64,000 bases of DNA, taken from positions 1,426,613 to 1,490,612 of the forward strand of contig NW_004797289.1 of NCBI RefSeq assembly GCF_000002075.1. Direction: 5' to 3'. The translations under genes were made by a program, and so were the position numbers. The number at the start of each line of letters is the position of its first letter. Within the stretch, counting starts at the first letter, position 1. This document shows, one piece after another, positions 11,464 to 25,700 of this stretch. Under the pieces are notes generated by a model. It saw only the letters and a program-made list of their open reading frames with translations. It was not told where the DNA came from and did not search any database. This DNA is from Aplysia californica (taxonomy: Eukaryota).

Positions 11464-14400
11464 CTGCAATAAGAGAAAGGTAATAAAAAGTTGAACAATA
11501 AAAAAAATACTGACATGCAAAAAACAAATATCCCAAGCTGAATTAAGGTTGCATAATATGTGGCTGTGACGTAACCATTTATCCACTATAGTCACCACGA
11601 GTCGGCTAACCACTAAAGTCTCTGGGGGTAGCCAAACGCACACCCACCACCTAAAACTGCCCTGAGCCTGTATTTATAAGAGGTCTTGGCAGATAGTCTT
11701 ATCAAATATGACTGAAATAAGGCTAAAAAGTGAAAGCAGAGTCTTTCTTCTTTCAATGTGTACTTGAATGGTCGAAATCGACTTCTTAATAGTGTATATG
11801 TGCTAATTTTTAAGTAAATATAATTAAATGGAGGGTTCAATGGATTTGAACCTTGAACAAATCTGAGAAAAAATTTTTAATACGTGGTAACTCGGCCTGT
11901 GAAGCGTTTTCAACCAAACAAAGACATGATGAAAGTTCATTTCGTGATTTAACTTTATATCATTATTTAACCCCTTTGTTGCCTTAAGATGTACATGGTA
12001 TGTCATGAAAATGTGGAATCTGTAGCTTTGTGTTGTACCACGAACGTTGTGGAAGTAGGCAAAATTTACCTTTCCTGGTTATCTAAGACATTACATGGAC
12101 ATCCTGCTAATCATTTGGCACTAATTCTTCATTCAGAGACTTAGCCACAAGCACAGTGTAGATTTGTATTCAAAGTAAAAAGGCACACATCAGTACCAAA
12201 TTTGCCAGTATTAGTTTACTGCTAGGCTTGCAAGCAATTAGACCTGCATGTGAGCCTCAAACAGATTGTCTGAAAATTTTGCGCACCCCCCCCAAAAAAA
12301 AGCCTTTGTGGGTGTCATAAGGAAGGACATCCGAGTAACGAGCGACCACCCCAACAAACACTTGATAAAGAAGAGACAACCCTAACCCTACCCCCAAAAA
12401 GAACCTGCAACGGGCCTCATGTAAAAAGGCCAAAACAAGTCCTAAATTTTAAACAAATTAAAATTAAAAAACCACACTCCAAAACAAACCAGGAGCATAT
12501 AGATCTATATCTAGATTCTAGATCTATATGGCTTACATCTACATTGCTATAGGGTTTGATACAATAACACAAGAGAATTGGAATATCATATATGAATACT
12601 CCATATAGTTCTAGATCTAGCAATCTAAGTAAATCTAGATCTAGATCTTGTAGAACAAGTGAATAGAAATAGGCCTTGAACTAGAAATCCGCATCCGATT
12701 CCAAACAGAGGGACTCAGCTGAGTCTAGATTCTAGATCTAAGTTCTAAATAAATAAATCATTCACGCACCTGATGTAATGCTTATTTTTACCAATATTAA
12801 TATTACAGCACATAGACCTGCATGTGAGCCTCAACCAGATTGTCTGAAAATTTTGCGCAAATCCCCCCCACCTCCTTGTCAATTACTTTTATCAACTCGA
12901 ATTTCCTGCAACCTTCAAATTAGTTCTTTTTCGTTAAGGAAACATCAAAATCAAAGCAAAGATTGGAATAAAATAAGAATAAACTGTGTAAACGTACCTG
13001 GCACATCACACCGGTTGTCATGACGATGAGGCCGAGAGACAGAAGTGACGAAGCTTTCATGATTTTCACCACTGCAACTCTCACATTCATACTAACAGAA
13101 TCACGCTGGGGAAATGTTACGCTCCTTTTGGAGCATAAGCCAGTAGGCTGAATAGACAGACGTTTTTGGGACTTGTGAGCTTGGCCACTTCAGTGCAAGA
13201 ATTCTTAATTGCCTCTCATCCGCATGTTGCGTTCACTTATGTTGTTATGAGTTTCATCTCGGGAACAGGAAAAAACAACGAAAAAAAACCTCTTATTTCG
13301 TGGAAGACCTCTTTAAAAACTTGGCTGGTCCTCAATTGCTCGAGCAGGGTTCACAATTTTACTTTTTTTATTTTTTAACCAATGGAAAATGTATTTATAC
13401 AAAAGATAAACAATGCATTTGTTTGTCTTTCCCATCTCCTGCACTCAGACTCGCTATTTTTTTTAAAATTCTGCCAGGCGTATCTCAACTCATCACGGCT
13501 CTGCTAGCGTGGCATTAGAGTTGGCCATTGATAAAAAAATATATTTTTTAAAAACATGTTGACGGTGTTAAAGCTTCTTTTCTTCATTTTACCTCAGCCT
13601 CTTTTTTCCTGAAACTGTCATTTCACGCTTGTTTCGATCACTTTTATAATAACTGGCAGTTCAAAATTCGCCAATGGTATCATAAAAGTTTTCAAGGTGT
13701 TTATTTCATTCTATGTCGGTTTTCTTTTTCTCATGGCTGACGGCAAGATAGGACTCGGAATAATAATTTGGTGAATGGCGTTCTATGTCTGCTTTATGAA
13801 TATTTTGTCTTCAGGTGATGCTAAAAGAAACGGGTTCATATCCAAGATTGCAGACAGATAAGAACAGAATGAGACAGAGGGAATGTGGAGACGAGAATAT
13901 GGCGAGATTGAATCAGATTGGAGGAGGAGGGCAGAGTGTTTCAGACACGAGGAGGCTTTCTCAGACCAAGTAAACATAATAACATTGTTATATTTATTAA
14001 GATATAGGCGTTGTATAATTATTGCTATAAACATTCTTTATTTTTCTATTTTTTAAATCGATATCATCGCCATCATCATTGTTCTTAACATCCTCATTAT
14101 TATGATTCTCATTACTGTTTATATTATTGTTATTATTATTGTTATTGGTATATTATTATTATTNNNNNNNNNNNNNNNNNNNNNNNNNNNNNNNNNNNNN
14201 NNNNNNNNNNNNNNNNNNNNNNNNNNNNNNNNNNNNNNNNNNNNNNNNNNNNNNNNNNNNNNNATGGCTGCTCCAGCACGAAACTGAAAGTAGATAATTT
14301 AAGTCGTCGTCCTTTTTCGTATTCGCATTTCTACTCAGGTTCCGACAATTATGGCGGAAACGCCAACGTCGGCAGTCGGTGGTCGGCACGAAAACGAAAG

Positions 14401-17400
14401 TGCCGACAAAGCCAACGGGAGAAAAGGGGGACGCTGGCAGTCGGCCAAGCCTCGCACTTCGCACATTGACTGATACAGGTGGGCCTAGTGATAGCATCGG
14501 CCGCCTCGCGGGTCGCGTCGCGATTGTCGGATTTCAGACAATTGTCGGCAAACATGCAGGTCTATGAGCTTAGAACATTTGAACAGCTTGCTGACGAATT
14601 ATAGAGCCAGTGAGATGTGCGTACATACCTCCTGAAAGCGCCGGTGTAGCTGCATGATGAGGTCGTGGATCTCTCGTCGTTTGTTCAGCACCAGCTCCTC
14701 GGGGAACCATGTCTGCAGGCCCTTCATGGGGATCTGGAAGTCTGCGATAGGGTCCTGGAACAGCAAACACAAGAATTGGTTAAGTTTTAGTAAAAGTTTT
14801 ACGGCCCATGCAAAAAAATATGGTCATATTAGTGTTGAAAATTATAGAGGTGTTAAAAGAGAGTAACAAACACAGAAAAAGGAGAGATAAATGTGATAGA
14901 TGTTTGACAGGAAAGAAGGAACAAACCACACCACAGCACCCGGCAACCGCCCACAAGAATGTTATTGATAACTGTTAGTATATGGCAAGCAAGAGTGTTT
15001 ATTTCTTTATATTTTTTTTTGTTCGTTTAAGTACAGAGAGGGACATCAATATAATAACAGTCATTAAGTGCAGGAAAACAACAAGACAGACAGTCAGAAC
15101 GCCTGAGGGATAGTCATTGTTGTTAACGATCCAGCACAGAGGGATAGTCAAAAAGAAGAACTTATCAGCAATCCCCTGCCTCCACCCACAGTTAAATGCC
15201 TTCTCTTAAATAGCACTGTTTATTGTTTATTGTTTCAGGAAGCAACATCCCTGCACTCCGGACATGTCCATTGATGCTCCGTTGCTCTCTCCAAAATGTT
15301 GCCGAGGGTCCTTCTACTGATTAAATAGCAACATCAAGACAAAGAAAAATGTGCCCTCAAAACACAAGCAACAGCCCCCAACTGCGCTGTGCAAGAAGTC
15401 TAACCAATACACACGCTTAAATGCGTCACACCGCTGTGGAATCGAGTGCCAGTCAATTTTTGGGCATGTAGAGTTATTGGTATCATCTTAAAGCTTGTTA
15501 GTTTGGGTAACTTTCGGTGAAAGAAATAACCATCTTTTATCAACTCACTGAATACGGTTCCCGTCACGCAGGATGGAGTTGGCGATTTTGTTCCGTATCT
15601 TGTGCTCTTGTCACATGTACGGGGACGGACCCCAGAGCTAGTTTTGCCACTTGTTTCCTTTCGTGCCGAGTAGGGCAAAAGTTGCGTGATAACTTTTTAA
15701 GAAATTGAAGGTGAAGGACAGTCACCCCAACTAGGGTTGAACTGACCGGAACTCGCGCTATATTTTTTCTTTACAGCTGATAGTAATTTGATAGTCGCGT
15801 CGTAGTAGTTGTAGCGGTCGCAGAAGTCGCATTCACAAGAATAACATAATTTCGCTGAATGCGATACTTCTGTTTGTTTTATTAGTTCTAGTGACACAGA
15901 ATATGATGTGTCTGATGGTTAGGATCCTGGATATCTACCCGAACATGGCCTGAGTCGTAGTTTTAGGGCTAGATCTAGATTCTGGTTCACAACTTCGTGG
16001 CCTACATCTGTCTCATGTAATTCAGTGTATGGGTCTGAATCAACGCACAGCCCAGCTTTTATATTTTCACAAAACACTCACACATGCATACAAATCAAAA
16101 CAGAACACTTTGAACTTTTATTTTTGTTGTTGTTATGAATTTCATTCTATCTGTCATGTCTCTGGAAATTTTTTCGAAAAATCAAATTCATGCCAATTTT
16201 TCCCAAAAGATAAAAATTTAAGTATTAGACTTAGACAACTTTTTTTGTATCAGATTAAGCTTGAATGTAACTTTACTGTGTCAAAAAATAATTACAATAG
16301 GGTAATTCTGAGAGTTGTGTTTTGAAATACCCCCAAAAATGCCAGTATTCAGCGCTAGTGACTCGTGAAAGGGGCCGGTAGTCAGTAAGTCAGTCAAGAT
16401 ATTTGCGGCTGAAGGAGGTGGGTTTCAGAGGTAAAATTAGCCAGAAAATGGCTGCCAAAGTTGGTGACTAAAATAGCTTGAGAGTCCTTGGAAACGAAAA
16501 ATTTACATTTTTGTGTCTTTAATCAATGCTTATCAGTAAAAATCTTCACAGAGATGTATTTTTTTAATGGACCAAACACATGTGGAGCCAAAAAAACAAT
16601 AATTTGATATAAAAATGAAAAAATGCACATTTCTTCAAATTCATTATTTTGGTGAGTGCCTGATTTCACCACAACGCCTTACAAATTTTGCAGTTTTTTT
16701 TTTTAAAGAGGAGAAAACTGACCTGAAAGAAGCTCTCAACGTACTGCAGGAGAAACACACCACAGTCGCTGTAGTTGCTCTGCTGAGGAACTTTTGGAGT
16801 AGAGCCCCGGAGAATCTTGGCAATGTTTCTCTGCTCAGACTTCTTTGCATTCCATTCACATTGTAAATAGCTGTGGAAAAAGATTAAGAAGTTTCATACA
16901 TTTTTTCACCAGTCTCACTTCTATTTCCTAGCAACACATGATTTACACGAACAGTCAAATTAAAAAAGTAGGTGGTTGGTGGGTGCTCTGGTGTAGTTTG
17001 TTCCTTCTTTCCCATCAAACATCTAACATCCTTATCTCTCCTCTCTTTCAATGTTTATGACTCTCTAGACAGCCTCTTATCTTCAGCACTTAAGTGACCA
17101 AAATGTGTTGCAAGTGGCGTAAAACTCTTAATAAAACTAAATTAAAAGGGATGAACAAGAAAGAAAAACAACATATTTTTGCTTTGCACTCCCTGTGTCA
17201 GTAAACTGACACTGTTTCATTTAAGTTCTAAGTGTGTGCAAAGAGAAATGCAATGATACGACCCGTCACTTAGAATTGGGAAAGAGAGCAAGACATACCC
17301 ATCAAACAAATAGAAGGAATGTGAAGTATAAGAAATCAACTCACTCTCTCAACATCCGAACATTTGGCGCCCTGCTTGGGCCAAGTAAGGAATCAAACAT

Positions 17401-20400
17401 CAAAATGCAGGGTCTGAAACAGAAAGGTGACATGAAATTTATTATATGGATGCTTCTCATCAACAAATAATGGAAAAGCACAAATTTTAGCCATCTAAAT
17501 AAAATTGCTTGACATGAAAAGAGTAGTCAAAAGGTCAAAATTTTCAAATTGAAACATAGACCTTATTGTATTGTGAATGTCTCCAACTTCAGAATATTTT
17601 CAATACAACAGTTCTTCACACACAGTCTATTTGCAGCGAAAGGAAACAGTTAAAAACAGTTTTCTTAAAACAACAAAATAATAACAATTTTTTTTATGAC
17701 TGTGACTACAATATGTTTTGGAGTTCAGATCTTTATGAAAATCAATTAAGTTATACAAAGTTTAGTTTTAGTTTTAGTAAGAGTTTTACGGCACTTGCAA
17801 CACAATAAAGTCATATAAGTGCCGAAGATTAGAGGTGGTACAAGAGAGCAACAAACACAAAAAAGAAGGAGGGGAGATAAGAAGATAGCTGTTTGATAGG
17901 AAAGAAGGAGCAGCATACAAAGACAATATTTTTTTTTAGTTTGAGTAAGAAGAAGCACATCAACATAAAACCTGTCGTGTATTGCTAGGAAAAAGAAAGA
18001 AAGACAGAGAGAAGCACCAAAAAAAAGGAAAGAAAAGCAGTGGGACCTACCACTGATGCCCTCCAACCACCCGCTATAACATGGATAGATGACAGAACTG
18101 TAGCTCATGGAAAACTCTCCTGAGACTTCTGGTAACTTCAGATACAAACAAAAACAAAACAAAGAAAGGCAACAAAAGCTGATGAGATTCCATATTGGAC
18201 TACTCAAGTTCGAAGATAATCTGATGCGCCTAGACGGGTATGTTATCTACTTTCGCTCCATCAAAAGAGCTTACCACCAATGTTCCTATAAGGATATTTA
18301 ATTTACTTTGTCTGCATCGCAACAAGCTTAGCACTCACTGTTTCTGTCCCAGGTTGTACTTGCTTTCCTCATTGTCAATACATTTTTGAGGGTCTAACTG
18401 CTTGCCAAGGATTGTCTGTGAATACACACAAAAGAAGCCCCTTCTCCATAAACAACAAAAACAATTAATAATTAAAAGTCAGCACAAACATTTGCATTAT
18501 GTTCACTATGATTCAATCATAGATACAGAGGCTTAGGGCACGGTGAGAACAAAAAATTTAATTTAACGAATAAAACACAATTGAGTGCTAAAAGGCTTGC
18601 AGAGAACTAGAGTACAATCTTCAAGTAAAAAATAGTACACGCAGGACATAGATCTACCTCATAAGGAGACAGAAATTACCTTAGGCTCTATGTTTGAGGC
18701 CAAAAGCAAACAATGTCACAAGGTTGCTGGCGTTGAAATTTTCTAACATTCAGACTTCAACATAAATTAAGGACCATTTGCAAACACTCTTGAGTGGCCT
18801 TCTTGGGTCGACTTGCAAAAGGGCGTTCTTGGCTTGATGGCGCTGCCTCAAGCGGACAATGACAGAGCGTGACACTGCAAGCCTTCTGGCAACTTGTCGG
18901 GCTCCAACTCCATCCTGCAGCCATGCCATAGCTCTGGCACGATCAAAGTCTCTCAGCTTTAGTCTCGGTGGCATGGTGATGCCATACTGGATTTTGCGCA
19001 AACGGCGACTTACATTGCCACTAAAGCGAGCACAGTTCGAATCTGTACGTCCGTTTATGACGTACACTAGAAATTTTAACTGAAGAATGTCCATGGTGTT
19101 GCACACAAGTCAATAAAATAAAGCAAATTTGGCAAAAATTCCCCGGGGATTTCCGTGCTGCTCGAGGTGGTTTTGCTCCTTTAGGAATCTTTGCAGTACG
19201 GGTTGGTAACCCATTAACATTTTCAGAACAAAGAAATTTGAAACATTCCTTGAGGTCTTTTTTTCTGAATTTAAAAAAAATCAGGGCTGTCTGTTAAGGT
19301 GGTCCTTAACTTATGTTGGAAGTCTGTATTTCCGAGCTCCCTACCCAAAATTTCAGCAAAATTCCCTCACTACATTGGGCATTTCACTGTTTCTTTGTAC
19401 ACTTTACTACTTCACATTTCACACATCACATGGTCTGGTTAAGCACCCAGTCACCACTGTAGATTTTACAACCATCGGTTCTCAACTTTCCGCACTATGA
19501 TTTTCCAATCACAGCCAGTCCACTCTTCGATGTTGTATTCCTACTGTTTCCCCTGTCCACCTCTTTGCTTCCCTTCTTGTGCTGTTCCCTACAGTATAGT
19601 CGTGGCCAGTCAGGGTGATTGTGTGATGTGCCTGTACCACTGTAGTTTGTGTCCTTTCCTTTAAACCAGGTCTTCATACCGCTCGATGGCATTTACAATT
19701 CTGGTTCTCACTACCTGATTGGCTATGTGATCTCTATACGAGACACCGAGGAGTTTGCAGAAACGTCTATCTCTAGTGTCTGCATCTTTTTTTAGACGCC
19801 TGCTGTCACAACTGATATTTGCATACAGTTAAATATTATACACAAATGAAAACAGAATACCAAAACTATACCTGTTAACAATTCCACTGATACCCCTCCA
19901 GCCCTTCATTTAAATTCAATATGTTATCACAGAACAGTGTTCTTTAAGTCTGATCAATAACCCTTACCTTCGGTAAAGGTTCCGGATTTGTTTCTTCTGC
20001 TGGAGTATCTTCTGACCCCTGTGGAAGGTGAAAGGTGGCAGTTCAGTAAATAGCAATCTACTTTGGAGATGAAATTCAATCACACAAAAACAGAAATGCT
20101 ACCACTTATTCAACACTACGAATCAACTTCAGTCTTGAGGCCTGTATTTTCTCTTCTTCCGGGTAGCGAGTTCTGATTCAAATTTTTATTTGCAGGGTTC
20201 CGAGTTTGATGAATCCATCAGAAAGTTTGTTTTCCCTGTCACAGTACTTCCTACTTTGAATGGGCAAGTAGCATTCGGTCAAGACAGAATAAGTGAATGA
20301 TAGCCCAATGCACTTAACAGAACACAACAATGCATACCTGTTTGTTTGAAAGGGGGGGTGGGGGGGGGGGGGGGGGGGGGGGAAGGAGAGCTGAAATTGT

Positions 20401-22752
20401 AAATCAAAAGTGCAAGCTTGCAAATAAAGTGATTGTGAAGTGAAGGGAGTTTTCAGCTGGACGCACAACTACAAATACACACTTCAGCCTGTTTTCTCTG
20501 AGAATATTCCAGCAACTTACCCCAGTTTCCGTATTATCATCCTCTGTGTCTTCCCCATGCACCGTGCTCGGGATGAAGGGAACCACCTCTGGGTTGGCCA
20601 GACCAGGGAAACAGATCACTGCCAGGTACCAGTGGGAGCTGTGGAATAGGGAATGTCAAATGTCGCATATCACATGTTGTACATTACATATGTGAGGCGT
20701 CATGGTGAAATCAGGCCCTCGTCAAAACGATGAAATCAAAGAAACGGGCATTTTACCTCCAGTTAGGCAATTTTTATTGAATGTTTGTTTTTATTCAACA
20801 CCTTAAATACCCATGTAAAAACATATTTGCATGTGAATTTTACTGAAAAATGATTAATAGCACAATTATGTAAATTTTCAGTTTTCAGGAACTCTCAAGC
20901 TATAGAAGTCACTAAACTTTGGTGGCCATTTTCTTGCTAATTTTACCTCTGAAACCAGGCTACCCCCATATCCGTCAATCGCAAAAAATCTCTTGACTTC
21001 TATTCAAGATAGATGGGTATTCTTTTCGTTGAATGCAAGGCAAATGAATAAGCTCTCAGGTGATTTCAATAGCTCCATATGCCCAGAAATCGCAAGTGCC
21101 TGATTCCACTGCATCATGACACACATTGAGGCCTTTGTGATAATTACAAGCTGCAAGCTATTATTTCCTTTACTTAGCTCCCTTTACCATGGTAGCTAAA
21201 AGCTGCAGCAAGCAAGGTATATAGCTTCTCTTCCTCCTCAGATTTAAAGTGCATCATCAATTCATGACAGATGAACTATTATTACTATTTATAATCAATG
21301 AAGCTACTAAGAAATACAGAACAACACAAATCCTGAATTATGTTTTGTGTCTTTGTGCGAGTAAAGAGAAGCACATCGATTAAGTGTGGGGGGGAAAAAA
21401 GGATAGACAGAAGGAAGTAATAGAGGGAAAGAAAAGAAGTAGGACCTTATGGTGGCACCCTCAAGCCACCCGCTAAGGGAACAAACACCATCATGAGTCA
21501 CAAACATCCAAGGGTCAGGGTTGCAGTAATTAACGAAACATCAAAGGGAAAATATCTTTGTGAAAATCAGTCACGGCTTTGGTCTCCACGTGCATCTCAC
21601 TTGTGGAATTAATTTCTACAGACTGCGTTGGACCACTGAAGTTCTTCAAACCATCACAGTTAGAGTTAAAGAAAAGAGAAGCACATCAGTTCAATCCTGG
21701 CCATTTACAGCAAGGGAAGAGCAAGATAAAAACAATACAGTGAAAGAAAACAAGTAGGACCTAAAAGTGATGCCCTCTACCCACTTACTATTCACATAGT
21801 ACTCATGAGAGCTATGGGAAACAGAGACCACAACACGATCAGAAATCACCTTGAGTAAATAGTAGTAGAAGTTATCAAAATGTCAAACATAAATCATTTG
21901 GACATTGGTCGTAGTCTTTACCTCCACAAGATACATTTCACTTAGAGAACCCATAAGTGCACATCAACTCAACAGCACACAGTAATAGAGTGGAGTACAA
22001 AAGACAACTCACTGTTCGTTGATTGGGACAATAATGAAGTCTTTGCTGAACAGGTCAACTGTTTTGGTCCATTTTTTCACACGGGCATGACGGCGCTCCG
22101 GCAAGCTGCAACCAAAGACAAAAATAAAAAGATGTAAGTATGAACAGGAATGTTTTTAAAATCATTTTGCCACATAAAAAAAAAAAATATTCATCCAGAT
22201 ATTTACCAAAGCTATCCCATCCCATTAATTGCCCCTTCCCGCAAAACTTTCTACCAAAAATTCCCAAATTTCCTGCTCAACAAAAAAACACAATATTTGC
22301 AGCCTAAGACCCCGATACTAGGGAGTCAGGAACAGAAGAGATGTTGACGAAGTGAGATCTTAGCTGAGATAAAATAATCCATGACCAAGTCAGTGATAAC
22401 ATCTCGAGGAGATCTGTACAGTGTAAAGTTCTGTTGAACATATCCACCAATCAAACTGAAACACATTATGGGTATGGTTACCTTTTCTTTGCGTCTTCCT
22501 CCGTCTTCCCAAAGAGCCTGTCTCGTTGTGTCAAGCGCTTGTAGAAGAAGGAACTAAAGATGTGAGTCCTTTTCCGATTTTCTTCATTGAGTATTTCCTC
22601 GTACAAATACCTGTTTCGTGGACAAAGAAAAGTTAAGAATTTTTATTTTTTTTAAATGTTTAAGTTTCGATAGGTTTGTGAGAACTAAATTGTTGCCAGA
22701 ACTTTTTTTTAAAACCTTATCCTGCTTTACCGGATAAAACTGCGATCGAGCG

Positions 22753-22796
<44 letters not shown>

Positions 22797-25700
22797 ATCA
22801 AGTTCTACTTTCGTCTTCACAGAAAAGATAAATCTAAAGTTATGACTAAAACACTTTTAAGAAGACATTTCGTTGCTATGGCAAGGAAAATGAGCCTCTC
22901 CAAATCTCTCCACCCTATACAGTAGGGTCTCACAGCATTACTTTCTTGCCAGAGAAGCTCTGTACAGGAAAATGACAATATATTTATAAATAGCAGTATT
23001 CTTTTATCTAGACTTCACTTCAAGCAAGACAGCCATTAAAAAAGGTAGTCTTTTATAATCGCTGGTGGTATTACACATAAACACATCAATCTTACAAAGC
23101 TTTTCACAAGTTCAAAACTACAAGAGAGCTAATATTTTCTTCATAAACAAGTCCCTGAAAAACTATGCCAATAGTAGTAAATTCCGTTTGAAAGGAGAAA
23201 AATTGAAGTTTTCTTGTCTATAAGCTGTTCATATTTTAGAAGAAAAAAAATAAAGGCAATCTTCACAAAAGTTATATGTCCTCAAATGAAACAAAAATAG
23301 AAAATTTCATCACTTTTGAATATGACCTACAAGTATACTTAATGAAAAAATACCATAAACAATGAATTACGCTTCTTCGTCAGGTGCAATATCTGAAGGA
23401 CATCAGCAAGGACGATTCGCTTGTCACTTTTCTACTCTGATGTTCTCAAAAGACCTATATTATGTGTCACAACACTGTGGAATCTGGCAACAGTCAATTT
23501 TTGGGCAAGCAGGTCTTTTGGTGTCATCTTAAAGCTTGTTCATTTGTCTTGCTTTTGATTTAAAAAATACCCATCCACCAGTAACAAAGATTGAGATATA
23601 TGCTTTTGAATGACGCGGCGGTCGCCAAGTGTCCGAGGTAAAATTGGCAATTACCAAAGCTTGAGCTTTATGCCTTTGATCAACGATTTTAAGAAAACTC
23701 CATAGAGAGAAGTGTTTTTAAACGGAGGTAAAAGGTCAGAAACGCGGAATGAAGAATTGGAGAATACTGCAACAACAGGCAAGTTTGATAGAAAGAGAGG
23801 CAGAGGCAGACAGAGGGAAAAGATACTGGACAAGTTGACAACATTGCTTGGAGCAGCAAGGAGGTCCACGATCGCCCACGACAGTCGGCAAGGCACCGGA
23901 TGATGATGAAAAGGTGTTGAGCAAACAAAATTTTGACAAAAAGTGCCTAACAGGCAGGAAAATTTGTCTGCTTTTTCGATTTCACAAAATTTCGACAAGA
24001 GTCTAATTTCACCACGATGAAATACATATGTGAGATGTGCTGACAAAATGAGTTACTTCTCACGATCCCAGAATGGAGATATCGGCTGAAAATCGACACT
24101 GGGGTCAGATTTATAGATGTTCAATTGATGCCATTTTGTTCAAGTTTACTATGTCTTTTACTATTCCATGCTCACAAATTGTACAAACTTCACCTATCAA
24201 GTTGATGTATCAATTTCCATAATGCTCAAATCCGAGAAGTAACTCATTTTGTCAGCACACCTCACATATTATCCTGGTTTTTACGTACTGTAGGTAAAAG
24301 TCAATGATGACATCATTGAGGAACTCTCCCTCGGTCAGACAGTAAAGGTCCTCTGTGGTGATTGGGATGCCTCGAGCTGGTGGGAATGGATACTGCAGCA
24401 GCCTGGGAAGGGGGAATAAGACTTGATAAAACGTAAACTGAGACAACCGTATATTATAAGAATATGGCAAGTGATACTTTGGACAACTCTTCAGGAATTA
24501 GTTTGAGGCTTTGACTGCGAAACTAAATACTTCACTGTGATCTATCAAACTCAAACTGTGAAAACAACTACTTAATGACAGTAAAAGAGTCAGGAGCAAA
24601 AAAAAAAATTGGTAATGTTAAACATCACAAAAATTGAATTATATAACAGAGACCAACACTATTGCCAAATGTATATAAGATCAAAGAAAATATTCAGTCC
24701 CACTATTTTCTGTATCTAATGTGAATTCTCGAAACATTTGCTAAACAGAAGTAAACACATTCTTTGTATATTTGCCAGGCCAATGTGCACATGAGACCCA
24801 ACAATATTCAAACCGAAGAGACAGCCACCCTTATTCTCAGGAAACGTAGCTAGCATCCAAGGTACTAACCCCTCAGCTAGCCGTAAGACACAATGTCAAA
24901 GTGCTATGAAAAATAGAATTACCTGACGGAAGGTACGTCAAAGAGCTGTTTCTGCTCTGGTGGAGAGCTGGATGTGCTGTCTGGCTCATTATCCATACTG
25001 TCCGAGGGGCTGTAAGATGGCCCGGATATATTGGACAGGTCTTGGTTCATCCTGTTGTAACTGGAGGAATATAATCGTACCGTTTCAGAACAAGAACATA
25101 ACCTCTCCTTCTTGAAATGGACAACTAACAAACCACTCCTGCCCATCATTTATCTACATGCATTTAAAAAGAAAAATAGATATGAAAGAAAGAAATGTTT
25201 AATTTTATACCTCCCCACCTTTCGAAAAAAAAAAGCCAATTAAAAAGGACTTCCCTTAAAAACAATCAGACGAAATATATTGCAAAAAAAAATAGCATTG
25301 TGAAAATAATTACTTCCCTTCAAAACTCTTAAGATTAATGAAAGATTTCCTTATTTCCACTTGACTATTCTGAGTATACTATTTCTAATGTGTGTCATTC
25401 CGACCGATTTCAAAGAAAAGGGGCCTTATCTTGACTCAACTTATATCACCCCCCCATATCTTAGCCAATGACAACTGTATTCAACTTCTTCAAAAACAAA
25501 AAAGCAAAAAATAATTAAGTCAAAACCCATCAATCAAATTTGAACAATCTTCTTCAAGTGCCAGATTTGAAACACCTCCGTGATCATGGTTTGCTACTCA
25601 TTTTTCTGCTCTGATGCTTTCAATATACTTATACTATGGGGGCTCTCGTGGTCAAGAAGTTAAGGTGTTGGCCTCTCATTCAAAGGTCCCGGGTTCGAAT

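Noticed and set aside
13814-13973. Plus-strand exon-like segment of a nested gene
   Set aside because: No partner exons or recognisable protein; it lies within a putative TIR element.
20338-20390. Poly-Pro cassette exon (TTTCAG|...CAG|GTATG)
   Set aside because: 53 nt would shift the frame, and it is mostly a G homopolymer of unreliable length.
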